DNA of 64,000 bases from Octopus vulgaris (GCA_951406725.2 OX597817.1:125984001-126048000); one strand, 5' to 3'; shown: positions 24,402 to 36,950, counted from the stretch's first letter. A program made the numbers and translations. The notes: generated from the letters alone by a model not told the origin.

Positions 24402-25241
24402 ATGTATATATATATATACATGCATATATGTGTGAATAAGTTTAACAGTGACATACTTTATCTTCCAAAATCATGCACAACAAAATGTTCGTAGTCTAAC
24501 GGAATGAAAGTCATATGAAAACATTTGAGATGATAATAAATTTACGGAAAAAATACATTAGCGTTCTATTAATGGCTTTTTTCTCTCTTACTCATAGTAC
24601 AAACGTCTATACATTATCATCTTAATTCTCCCCAATTCTCTGTTTTGTCTTTAAATATAATTAATATAGATTTTTCTTCTTTGGGGTTGTGTAATCTATT
24701 CATTTATTCGAATATATTAAATTTGTACACTTTGCTTCAAACAAAATATATATAATTACTAATTTGTGTGATGTATTGCTACAGGTAAGCAATATTTTTT
24801 TGTAGTTGTGCTTTGTTATATATATATATGTTTGCCTATATATACATTTGTGTGTATTATAAATATATTTTTGTATGCATATATATATATACATGCGTGT
24901 ATATATCTATATATCTATGAATGTATGCGTATATACATTCATCGCTTCTTACAAAAGATGAGAATTGAATGCGTAAATTAGTTAATGTTTCATTCTTAAT
25001 CTAAATACGACTTTTTCCCCACGGCAAATATTTCAACTATTAATTTACCTTTGCTTGTACAGTTGGAACATACACGAACGCTGTTATTATTTCTTATACT
25101 TCGAATTACTGGTTTCTATGTTGATATTCTTTTTTATATATGTCTGCCTACATGTATGTGTGTGCGCGCTATAAATATATTTTTGTATACATTCGCTACA
25201 CTTGTATGTCTGCTATCATCGCATGAATGAGGTGCAACGAT

Positions 25242-25272
<31 letters not shown>

Positions 25273-25665
25273 ATCTTATTGTACTTTTAATGTACGTGAA
25301 ACAGAGCAACAGTTGCATGTTAGACAGGAGACAAGTAGAAATTATACTTAATTTGGGAAGGAATTGTAACAAACATTAATTATTGTGATTAATTACTGAG
25401 ACGCATGAATTTACAGTGAAGTAAATGCCTTAATAATAGACTTGTTGGGAGTTATCTCCATTGCTTAACGAAATAATTGAAATACTTCGCTAATCTTTTA
25501 TTTTCCTTTTTACTCATTATATGTTCCTCATTAGCTTTTGTTTGTTCTCTATTGCAGCTTTACAAGACAAGCTGCGGCCCTGGTACCTCAGGTGAACTAT
25601 TATGTACAAAGCAGTTATCAAGGGAATTCCAAGCATGTTCATCACGTCAGTTATTTTACATGCCA

Positions 25666-26179
25666 CTAGCAGTATCGCCCGGCGTTGCTCGGGTTTGTAA
25701 GGGAAATAACTATATAAGCATTTTTAGAGAGTTACTTCCCTTATAGATGCCAATTCGGGCTTTCTTAGCCATTTCTGTTTTGGTGTCTTCAAGCCATGAA
25801 GTCGTTTTTCTAAAAAGAACGCTGGTCTCCTTGACAACGCTTTACGACGTTGATTTCCTTACACTCCCTTCCCCACAGCTTCACGAGGGAGGGAAGAAGG
25901 GGGAGAAGCAAACAGGTGCAGGTGTGACCATGGACGCCAACTCCGCCGCCATCGACACACGAAAAATTATGCGTTAAAATGGAATAAAAAATGATGTTAA
26001 ATTATTTTTAAAATCGTAGACTCATCGTATACGCGCGCTAATACTCAGACGGGCTCGATATGAATCACGACTATAAGATACCCGAATTTGGTTAAACTGC
26101 ACCGCAAAATGTGGGAGTAGTTAGGAATCTAAATCGAAGGGGACAGACACTCACACAACTACAGTTTTATATATATAGA
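25666..26179 (-). mobile_element. Non-autonomous Helitron (514 bp)
   Basis: Minus strand begins A|TCTATATATATAAAAC and ends with the GC hairpin CCCGAGCAACGCCGGG, then CGATACTG-CTAG|T. These are the canonical TC...CTRR termini between A and T, with no TSD. Confidence 0.92.
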
Positions 26180-26889
26180 TATCCCAATATTATGTAACGT
26201 AGCTTTTTTCTAAGATAACATTGAGAGAGTTGTAAGAATTATGTTTCCTATTTCTTGCGATTCCGTTGGTCGGACTTCTAGAATCGGAAGCATATCAGCC
26301 AAAATGCTTTGCTCTATAAATTTAGGACTTTTAACTTTCTAATCTTTTTCAATTACAACCGTGTGACTATAGAGTGGCTATCACTCAATTATCATTTAAA
26401 TACTTGGAGAAATATCCTAGAATCGTAGACGTTTTGTAAATCAGTAGATAGTGTCCTCAGAAAAAAAATATAATGATAACTAATATTTCGTTTGAGAAGG
26501 TTCAGTATTTAGATTTAGCATCAAGTAGATATCGGTTGAAATACTGGAGCAAAAACATACGGTTCTAATTACACCGACGTTAACTTTGCTACAGGCTCTT
26601 TAGAGGTCGGTTGACAACATCGACCAATCACCTGAGGTTTACTTAATCCATTTACAGCAAATTTTCTAGCCTAGTATCTGTATCAGCAACAGTTATTAAG
26701 CGTACACTTTCAGTCAGTTTTTTCACAACCGTCTTATGAATTTATTCCGGCTCATTATGTCAAGTACTTGAAATTATATAATCGAATATTTTATTCACTC
26801 TAAATTTCTTTCCTTGCATCTAAGACATTTTCGTTAAGATTACAGGGGAAAATAAGAAAGTATACTTTATTAAATATAGAATATGATAT

Positions 26890-27690
26890 TCATGATATAC
26901 CTGCCATCTTCGGTGTTGCGACAAGATGTGAAGTAAAATTCGTAATGTAAACACGTAAAACAGTTACTCAAAACTGATATTGAATATACAAACCAATAGT
27001 GTGATCTCAGCATAGTTGTATGTCATGCAGAAGGTAACAACCACATTGTGTAACTAAACAAGAATAGCAATGTGTGTAATGTAGTCCTGGATACATAATG
27101 GCTGAAAATATATTACTAAAAATAATCAGCAATTTCAAACATATAGAGGCAATCATGGGGGAAGGTTCCATTAAATGAGAGCATGAATCGGGTCTGCCAA
27201 ATCAGCCTTAGAGTCACCTAATACAATCTGAACTGAAAGAGCTCTTAGCAAGAACATAAAATGAAAGCTTCTGAGGACATGAATTTGGTCTGTTGCATTC
27301 TATAGATGGGCACTGTGTAACTCAAAATATTTGAAATAACGTGTTAATATGGAATAATTAGGTTCAGCTCGACTGACCATTGAAAATATGATTCATACTT
27401 GTGAAATGGAGACTGAAACAGAATTGTTGTTGTCAAGAAGAGCAAGCCGTAGTATTTAGGATAAGGTATAAGGATTCAAAACCTCAGCACCCACATCCTA
27501 GCGGAAATGTCAATTGAAAAACGAAGATTAGCTAGTAGACTAAGAAGACGCTAGCTGGAAGAAACCAAAAAATGAAGTGGAAGACCACATGCTGAATGCG
27601 CAAACATGATTAGAGGCCAGAATCGACAAAGAGTGATAGTGCATTAAAATATGGTTTCTATCCCTCACCAATGAGGATGAGATCAGACAA
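26890..27690 (+). mobile_element. Highly decayed RTE-like LINE 3' remnant
   Basis: 27519-27565 reads KRRLASRLRRR*LEET, resembling the RTE C-terminal KRxxGRPRxRWxD motif. Boundaries are uncertain. Confidence 0.4.
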
Positions 27691-30054
27691 GGCAAACAGC
27701 AGCAATAGTAACAAGAAAAACAAAAGCGATTTTCAGATTTACCTCCTACTGAATTTACTTTTGAAACTCTGAAATTCGCGTTTATTGTTTTAGTTTTATT
27801 TTTAAAAATGTAAACTTATTTTTTCTTGTTGCACATTTAATTCTAACAATTTAATCCATCTCAAAATACAGTTGTTTTTATTATATCTAATTAAGTTCTC
27901 TTATTCGTAAAAGCAATACCCTAATAACATAATCGATAACCCAGTATTAATTCCGTTCATCTATCCTTCATTGATCAAAATCTATGTTAAATATAGTGTG
28001 ATATTGGCTTAAGAACTGATTGCTATAACATATTTACTTTAGTGTCCGAAAACGTCTACCATTACTGTATCTAGTGTCTTAGATCTAATTAGTAATATAT
28101 ATGTAGCATTTTCTAAAATGGATATCAAATGACGCCGTTCCTTCTTTCACATAAGTAAAATAAACTCAGAGAAATAAGAGTAAAATACTGTAACATCACC
28201 TGCTTCTATTTGTAAATATCTGTTTTATTAGCACTTTTAGATGCCTCAAATGATTTATTCGTTTCTAATCTGCTCAGAATGACATCATGAGAGATATGAT
28301 TGAGTGTTTAAAAGTTACTCTTTGACAAAATTTCCATTTTGATAAGGAGCAATGGCTAATTGACCTTAAGTAACTATTTCTATTTTGCATCAAGTTGATA
28401 CTTTAAAAGTTTTACAAAAACTTTCATCAAAGGGAAACTTTCTGTTAGCTTCCTTGTTTTCTTCAAATTCAGATGGGTTAATTGCGTTCAGTATACAAGC
28501 ACACGAATCAGAGAAAATACACCTTGTCCAACCGTATTTTGCCAAAATACATGACTGACGACAATTGAAAAGAAAAACTTTCAGACTACAACACTGAGTA
28601 TAGCAAAACGAGAGTCAAACCAGAAGAAGGTACGTTATTCGTAGTGCATTATTTAGGAGGGAATGCTGCTTGAAGTTTCATCTGGGCAAGTGCAAGTGAA
28701 AAGAGCAACGCAAATTAAGTGATACTACTGATAGGGCTACTTCTAAGTGTATTAAAACTGAATGCTAGGTGAGTGCACTATTTATGTAGAAGATGTTTTC
28801 CTTCCAAGGCCAGAAAGGAATCAACGAGGTGAAAATACAAAACAAAGCTTACAGTGCAAAGAATCTGCGACACAACGGGCGAAGATCATCTTGCGAAGGC
28901 AGTACAGCTTCTTCACATATGATAATGGATAAAGTGGGACCAGACAATCGAGCGCCCACTCGCCTGGCGAGAACTCGCGAATATACTGATTTGACAAAAC
29001 TTACCTACTATCTGTGTGCCGTCATCGAATTTTTGTGCTAAAATTCAGTCAACGTGGAATTATATATAGGGTTCTGGGATATAGAGCCTACATTTTGCCA
29101 AAATTAGCTTGAGTTGGTTAACGAGGCAGTTGTCAAAGTTTTCCACGAGGTGACATACAATATTGAAGTGGATTGCTGTGGCAGCCCAGCTAGGTGAATG
29201 CACTATCTATGTAGATTAGTCTGGGACCCAGACTATTGAAAAAACAAAACAAAAATAAACAGCATAGTGATGGGCATGGGAACAGAAACCGACTCAAAGT
29301 GGCTTAGGAGTACGAGAAAATGCAGATGAAACTCTTTCGCTGGCAAAGATTAATTCAGTCTTCATTATGTCACTCAGGCAGAGCGAAGAGACAAATAAGC
29401 AACCTACTGCCAATGACGGGAAAGTATTTCTGGTATTTCAAGAGGATGATAGTTTGGGGTAGAAAATTATCACCCGAATATTTATCCTGAGTCGTCTAGT
29501 ACACCAGTTTATGCATGATATTCTGTACAACATTTTCATTAACTTAAGCATTGCAAATTACTAAATGATATCAGCTGAATTAAATCAAATAGAAAGAATT
29601 TCCAATATCAGGTTAATATAAACTACGAGATCAATCTGTAACTTTCTTTATTCTCATTTTCTTTTTTATTACTATATTATATTAAACGAAAATATAGAAT
29701 GCATAATGCTTCGTGCTATACGAACATCTTTAACTTGTACACATGAAACTGACTCAAGAACATTAGGTGGTAAAATATAGGAAACCTAAACAAGAATTCT
29801 TAGAATATTTAGATAGTAAGAGTTGAATTACGTTTCATTCTATGCACATAATTTATATGAGGAGTGAGGGTACTCTATTCATAAATACATGTAATTGCTC
29901 TAAGTGCAAGATGGCTGAAATAATGTACTAGACAATATTCTCGCATATGAGCAGGAAACGTATACTGCTGTTTGGCTCCTATTCTGAGGAGGAATTTAAA
30001 ATGTTCATATACACATGAAATATAAAAAAGTATACATGTACATATGGGTAAATG

Positions 30055-30258
30055 TGTTGGGAGAATTATCAGAAACCCGGAGAAAATGCTTAGTGACATT
30101 TCGTCCGTCTTTGCGTTCTGAGTTTAAATTCTGCTGAGGTTGACTTTGCTTTTCATCCTTTCGGAGTCGATAAAAGAAATACCATTTGAGCACTCAGGTT
30201 GATATAATCGACTTACACATCAACTGGATTTATAGGCCTTGTCCCAAAATCTAAAACC
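30055..30258 (+). mobile_element. SINE-B copy
   Basis: AAATGCTTAGTGACATTTCGTCCG...CGTTCTGAGTTTAAATTC...TTTCATCCTTTCGGAGTCGATAAAA...GGCCTTGTCCCAAAATCTAAAACC. Confidence 0.85.
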
Positions 30259-30515
30259 TTGGATGCGTGTATGTACGCGTACACGCATGTGTGTATGTAT
30301 AGTGAATACATTTGTGTACACAAGTAAGTGGGAATAATTTGTCTATAAAGATCCATTTGGGGAAGAAATTCGCCGCATACACGATATGAGCAAAATGTTA
30401 TTTCAAATAGCGTTCTGAAAATGTAGGGTGATGGTGATTCTAAATCATTACGCTTCATCTGTCTTCTTCTCCAGAAATGATTTCTACTGCATTGGCTTTA
30501 CGCGCTTCAAAGAAC

Positions 30516-30590
<75 letters not shown>

Positions 30591-31046
30591 ATATGTGTGT
30601 GTGTCTGTGTCTGTGACTGTATGTGTATGAAACTGTGAATTCCATAACAAAATATATATATATATTTAAATGTGTATATGACAAAATAAAGCAAAATAAC
30701 TACAAAAATATTATATTGTTAAAGAATATATTTAAATCGTTATGTTAGAAACATGTTATAAAATTGTGTGTATAGTAACATTATTTTTGGAGAAATAACC
30801 GGTTACGCATTTTCTTTTTAAATTTTTCAAATTTCTTTACAGATATCGTGTCATCTCTTTGCTATGATGTGAAGTATGAGAGTTCCAGAGAGTGGAACGT
30901 ACCAGGGTTTTTTTCGGTATAAGGGAGATGATCAAAAATGTTGGGAATAACTAAGTTTTATTAATTTAACATGATTTGGTTTAGAAAGAATAAAAACTTA
31001 GAAGTGGTTGAGTTTTTGCGTTGGCAAGTTTCTTTATTTAAAAATG

Positions 31047-31518
31047 CTAGCAATGGTTAAGTTTTGGCTTATATTTTTCAATGAAGTAGGTTTCCTTATT
31101 TAATCTAACTTGTGCTGGTGTACCAATGACACATTGATAAAATGGAAAGATTACAAATTGTACTAGCAGTTGCTTTGCGCATGTCTCAATGTGTTCACTA
31201 AAGGTATCATTCTGTATTCTGGGAATGCAATCTGCTGTCGGTACAGAGTGTATCTGCGTCTGAGCGATAATCTGGTGGACCGTATGTAGTTTTATTGGCA
31301 GCCCAAGCATCTTATAACATAAATCAGCTTTTCTGAGACACAAGTAAAGTCGTATTTGAGTTTGAATTTGTCGCCCTCTTTGGAAAGGAATTCTGATCCT
31401 TCTAGAATGTTTGGGCATGTTGCGCAATTTGCTCGACCACATTTTATTACTTTTGCGTCAGTTGTGTTAGAAAATAATTTTGCCTTTTAGTGATTTCGGT
31501 TGTTGGTGGCTTTTAATG

Positions 31519-31522
<4 letters not shown>
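31047..31522 (-). mobile_element. Penelope-like element remnant: Cys-rich linker plus GIY-YIG endonuclease (Neptune-like)
   Basis: Manual minus-strand translation: IIKSHQQPKSLK...CGRANCATCPNILEGSEF...FTCVSEKLIYVIRCLGCQ*NYIRST...LRRR...HIETCA...FVIFPFY...KETYFIEKYKPKLN. Confidence 0.88.
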
Positions 31523-31556
<34 letters not shown>

Positions 31557-31755
31557 GTGGCACTCCGTCGGTTGCGACGATGTAGGTTTATATGATTCCA
31601 TCAAAGAGAACAGCCTGTTCGTGAAATTTAAGTGCAAGTAACTGACTGCAAACACGTTCACCTTTAACGTAGTCTCAGGGAGATTCAACATGATATAGCG
31701 TCTGGCAAGATTGGTCCTTTGAAATACAGGTACTATTTATTTTTCCAGCAGATGT
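31557..31755 (-). mobile_element. SINE-C 3' portion (decayed)
   Basis: GGCACTCCGTCGGTTGCGACGA...AACAGCCTGTTCGTGAAATT...CCTTTGAAATACAGGTAC matches a cephalopod SINE body as I recall it. There is no second copy in the window to confirm it. Confidence 0.6.
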
Positions 31756-31774
31756 ACATGTCAATATTTATATA

Positions 31775-32113
31775 CAGGGTGTTGGTGATAAACTTGACGA
31801 TATTGTGTATTTCCTCATATCAGCAATGGCTTGATGAGAATATAAAAAGGTTTTAGTTGAGGAAAAGTTAGATGATATGGAGGTATGGGATCCATTTGCG
31901 CATTTGGAATCAGTTACCTGTATCATGAGAATTTGCGCCGGGTATCAATGTGCTAAGATAATGATTCGTCTGCGATGCTGTCACGTCACTGCCGTTCTAG
32001 TTGCCAAAACCAAGAAGGTATTTGAATATCTTCCCCGAGACACATACGTAGGTACTATGATTTGGAGCCGGCTTCAGACCGCAGTAGAAGATGAGGGCTT
32101 ACACTTTGAGTAG
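31775..32113 (+). mobile_element. Tc1/mariner-superfamily (maT/DD37D-like) deletion remnant
   Basis: TA|CAGGGTGT terminus. ORF 31877-32113 ends LVAKTKKVFEYLPRDT...SRLQTAVEDEGLHFE*, the typical ...RLxAVxxxxGxxFE* C-terminus. Confidence 0.65.
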
Positions 32114-32152
32114 ACCGCTTTCCCCCAGCCGTAGTCTAGTTCATATTTCTGA

Positions 32153-32193
<41 letters not shown>

Positions 32194-32212
32194 ATATATG
32201 TATATATATATA

Positions 32213-35200
32213 TGGCCAGCTTCACCCAGATGTGAGAAGGGCAGCAGCTGAACAGCAATCTTTTTTGTGCATGGCACAAAAAATTGTTCAACAGCTGACC
32301 TGACTACAAGCACAAATCTGGAACTACCACCACATAAGGCCACCACCAAAGATGCAGGATGGCCACCACAGACACCAACACACACACCACAAAAATATTT
32401 CTACTGAATGTAGGCGGGCTGCTGCGCGACAACTGTACAAGGAAAATCTCATTCCTGAGAGACCTTGTGGCATGCAATCAAGCTATATGCATGTCACTCA
32501 TAGAAACGATATAGGGGATGCAGAAATACACATACCGCAATATGCTGTCATACGCTCAGATAGAAAAGGGAGGAGCCATGGTGGAGTTGCAATGTACATC
32601 CGAGATGACCTCACGCCTCTGGTCCTGATATCATATTCAAACTCAGTGTGTGACACTCAAATTGTACACATAAGACAACTGAATATCGTCATATGTACTA
32701 GATATCACCCACCGGATGCCCCAAATCACTCAGGCTTGTTTGAAGACTGCCTAACAAAAATAGGAGTTCTCACCAACCTGGAACAACACAACAGTGTATT
32801 CTTCATGGGTGACTTTAACTTCCCCAATGTGGAATGGCCGGGGGTGGGGGAGATGCCCCCAGTGATGACCCACCATCAGCAGGCACAGGCTGAGTCCCTG
32901 CTCTATCTCACAAATGCCTATTTCGTGGAGTAAATAGTGCTGCAACTAACAAGGGCAGATAATATACTGGATCTCTGCTTCACAAACAATATGGATATTA
33001 TCCATAATGTTAATGTGATGCCGACAATGATCTCGGATCACAACATAATAGAGCTGTCTATGTATGGGCCAAAAGCCCCCGCAGACACACAGCCTATACG
33101 AAGCATCTACAATCTCTCCAATTTAAACTTTCATAAAGCAGATTGGAAGTTGATCGAGAAAGATATCCTCAAACAAAATTGGCCTAAATGTCTCTCCACA
33201 CCGGACATTGACATGGAACACAAACGCTTCATGTCCATAATACAAGCCATATGTGACAAATATGTCCCAGTGTGCAGGGCCAGCACACACAAAAACAAAA
33301 ACAGGATCCCAGAAGAAAGGAAGATTCTTATGAGACGACGGATAAGGATTGCGAACCGCCTGAGCAAGCACACCAAAAGTGGTGAGAAGTCTCGGCTCGA
33401 GAGAATGCTAATGGAAATTGAGAAAAGTCTGCATCAGTCGCATGAAAAGGAGAGAACAGATAAAGAAGCATGGGTAATAGAAAATATAAAGTCAAACCGT
33501 AAAGCTTTCTTTAAGTTTGCCAAAGAGACAGCCACAGTGCACCAGAGAATAGGACCTCTCTTCCAAAAAGATGGCTCTCTCATAGGAAATCCCACGAGGA
33601 TAAGTGAAATACTGAACGAACAGTTCCAAAGTGTGTTCACTACACCTCTAGGGCACATGCAAGTAAACAACCCAGAAGAATTCTTTGCCACTTTACGTGC
33701 GGCCAAAGAAGCAGAAATTGAGTACATCAAGATTGAAGATATGATATCACACTGGCCATAGATGAGATTGACACAAAATCAGCTGCTGGACCTGATGGAT
33801 TTCCAACGATCCTTCTCAAATCGTGCAAACGAGCCCTTGCAAAACCGCTACAGCTTCTTTTTCAGAGCTTTCTTGCAAGTGGTAAGCTCCCAGTCAAATT
33901 GAAAGAGGGGGTAATATGCCCTGTCCATAAGGGAGGAAGCAGAGCAGATACTAAAAATTATAGGCCTATCTCTCTGACCTCACACATCAGCAAAGTCATG
34001 GAACGAATAGTCCGCAAGAAACTAATCATATTCCTTGAAAAAAATTACTTGCTGACTGACACCCAGCATGGATTTCGACCAGGTAGAAGCTGCCTAACAC
34101 AGCTCCTGCAATACTATGACTGGGTGTTAAAACAGCTAGTAAATGGCTCAAATGTGGATGTGATGTATCTCGACTTTGCAAAAGCCTTTGATAAAGTCGA
34201 CCACGGTATGTTTGTCACAAACTGCGTGGTCTCGGTATAGGCGGAAATCTTGGAGAGTGGCTGCACAACTCCCTAAAAGATAGAAGCCGGGCAGTTGTGA
34301 CAAATGTAGCCACCTCCAAGGAAACACAAATAACAGGCAGTTCCACAGGGCACTGTCTTGGGGTCACTGCTGTTCATAGTGGCCCTTTTAGACATGCCCT
34401 CAGTTGCTAAGATTGCCACCCTTGCTAGCTATGCAGATGACACAAAAGTCCCCCACACAATACAAAGCCCTGGAAATATTGCACATCTGCAACAGGAGTT
34501 GGATACAATATACAGGTGGGCTGAGGACAACAACATGCAGTTTAATGCAGGTAAATTCCAGGCCATGCGCTGCCGGCACACAAAGGTAAACGACATGCAG
34601 ACTGGATACACTGGCCCGATAAGAATTGCAATCCCTGAGTCAAAATCAGTGCGTGACCAGGGCATTGACATGAGCAATAATGCATCTTTTCAAGTGAATA
34701 TTACTAATCTGGTGATAAAATGCAGACGGCTAGCTGGATGGATTCTCCTAACTTTCAGAACAAGAGAGAAGGAGACACTGATGGTCCCGTGAAAAACTTT
34801 CGTCGTCAACCGCTTGGACTACTACTTCCAACTCTGGTCACCACACGATATAAAACTAACAGCAGAACTCGAAGCAATTCAAAGAAGCTACACCAAGATC
34901 ATCTCAATGCAACATATCAGCTACTGGGAAAGACTGAAATTATTAAAACTCTTCTCCCTAGAGCGAAGGCGGGAGAGATATGCGGTGATATACGCCGGGA
35001 AAATCCTGGAGGGTCTTGCCCCAAACTTTGGCATTCAAAGTTACCCCAACCGTAGAACGGGGCGCCACTGCATAGTGCCAAAGATTCCAACATCACCATC
35101 AAAATGGAGGACCAGAAACTGCAACAGCTTGGGTTTCAGAGGACCACAGCTCTTTAACATCCCCCCTAAATGCCTGAGAGACTTGCATGGTGTGGATGTG

Positions 35201-35420
35201 GGGTTCTTTAAAAATAAACTGATCTCTTCTTGTCGGGGGTCCCAGATGAACCTACCTCACGACAGGAGACACAGATGCGGGCAGCGGCATTGAACTCCCT
35301 TGTTGACCACGTGCCACCTCTCACAGGTGGATTCACATATTAGTGTAGCTCATTCAGCGGTGGTGCCCCAGCATGGCCGCAGCCTTCGGACTAAAACATT
35401 TTTAAGGATTTAAGAATTTA
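32213..35420 (+). mobile_element. CR1-group LINE, 5'-truncated, with near-complete but disrupted ORF2
   Basis: APE and RT motifs in the correct order. 3' end GGTGGTGCCCCAGCATGGCCGCAGCCTTCGGACTAAAAC plus a short (TTTAAG/GA)-type tail. Microsatellite on both sides. Confidence 0.95.
32430..35293 (+). pseudogene. LINE ORF2 (AP-endonuclease plus reverse transcriptase) with stops and frameshifts
   Basis: RSDRKGRSHGGVAMYIR, YHPP, MGDFNFP, NILDLCFTN, SDHN (EN). NYRPISLTSHISKVMER, QHGFRPGRSC, YLDFAKAFDKVDH, YADD, FSLERRRER (RT and C-terminus). Confidence 0.95.
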
Positions 35421-35476
35421 TATATACACATATGCATATGTATGTACATACATATATTCATGCATGCATATGTACA

Positions 35477-35559
<83 letters not shown>

Positions 35560-35563
<4 letters not shown>

Positions 35564-36200
35564 AGTGAATTGAAGAAATGGAGTTGAACGAAGATTGAAC
35601 AGAAATCGTTTTATTGCATTCTACACGTGTTTCTAAAGGCACAATTTACCAAATTCCGATTGAATAAGGAGACCATATTGTGTCTTTCTCTTCAGGAAGA
35701 AATAGGAAATCCGTTGGAAAAAACAAAACAGAACAGAGGCGGAGCAAAACAAATCGAACGAGGCTCCTAAGAGCCCATGGCCAAACTGTTTATCAATGTA
35801 TGTTGAAAACTGTTGGTGGGTGCGTTGAAGGTTTTGACGGGTCAGGCAGCGGTCATTCCGGTGCTTAGATGTTCTTTGTGACCGAGACTAAAGTTCTGAC
35901 TATTTAAAGAATATTAGGTGTATTATATGGGGTGAGAAAAAAAAAAAAAAAGGAACCCCCCGTGGCTTGTCTTGACGACGGGGGGTTTCTTTGACAAGGC
36001 AGGTTTAGACGAACACACGCACACATAAAAAATTTCTTTCTGCCACCCGACGGATTTTACAGCAGTGGCCATTGTGTAGGGCTGTTTACCAACTGACGGC
36101 CACGTGATCAAACGCACATACGAACACATAGAACAGTACACACACACATGTTTCTAAGTAGATTTTGGCTCGCCCCATATAATACACCTAATATTCTTTA
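35560..36200 (-). mobile_element. Penelope-type terminal repeat (pLTR) fragment between (TA)n tracts, with a 32-bp inverted repeat
   Basis: Contains a hammerhead motif followed by AATAAA on the minus strand. 35905-35936 and 36169-36200 are inverted copies with 1 mismatch. Confidence 0.6.
35619..35698 (-). ncRNA. Minimal type I hammerhead ribozyme motif
   Basis: Minus strand TTC-CTGAAGA-GAAAGACACAAT-(loop)-ATTGTGCCTTTA-GAAA-C-ACGT-G-TA|GAA. Core boxes are intact, stem I is TTC/GAA, stem II has two mismatches, and the stem III loop is palindromic. Confidence 0.7.
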
Positions 36201-36609
36201 TATATGTATATATATGTATATATTTGTAGGTATGTATTTTCAGATTTGTATGCATTATGTATGTATTCTCATGCATATAGTTACATATGTAGACTTGCTC
36301 ATATATATTGAAATGATAAGTTTCAGGAAAGTTCGCCCATATCAAGGAACTTCTCCTGGTAATGTATAACGCAGCACCGCAACTTTCACGGCCATCGCCA
36401 TCATGGGAAATCTCCAGTCTTAACATTAATGATGCGAAAGTGAGTATTACCATTTAGCTGATAAATGATGAAGAATTAGGGCACTACTGTGTGTCATACA
36501 CCCGGTTGTTCACTCAGTATACATTATATATTTTTTTATTTACCTTATATTTTTCATTTTTCATTTATTAAGTAACGGTAACGCAACACACCCCAACTTC
36601 TACACACCC

Positions 36610-36614
<5 letters not shown>

Positions 36615-36658
<44 letters not shown>

Positions 36659-36818
36659 TGTATGTATATATATATATATATATATACATACATATATAGA
36701 TGTATATATATATATTATATTATATATATACATACATATATATGTATATATACATGTGAATGGCCTATTATGGGTTATATATATATATATATATTTTTCC
36801 CACTAGTGGTATACAAAC

Positions 36819-36905
<87 letters not shown>

Positions 36906-36907
36906 AC

Positions 36908-36950
<43 letters not shown>

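Noticed and set aside
25050-25081. Minus-strand microexon reading VRVCSNC (FYVE-like)
   Set aside because: The acceptor lacks a pyrimidine tract and the motif is too short to be significant.
30780-30955. hAT element ending GTTGGGAATAACT
   Set aside because: Only one TIR-like end was found, with no partner or TSD.
32213-35420. Active LINE or domesticated RT gene
   Set aside because: ORF2 is broken by a stop at 32931-32933 and several frameshifts, and the 5' end is truncated.
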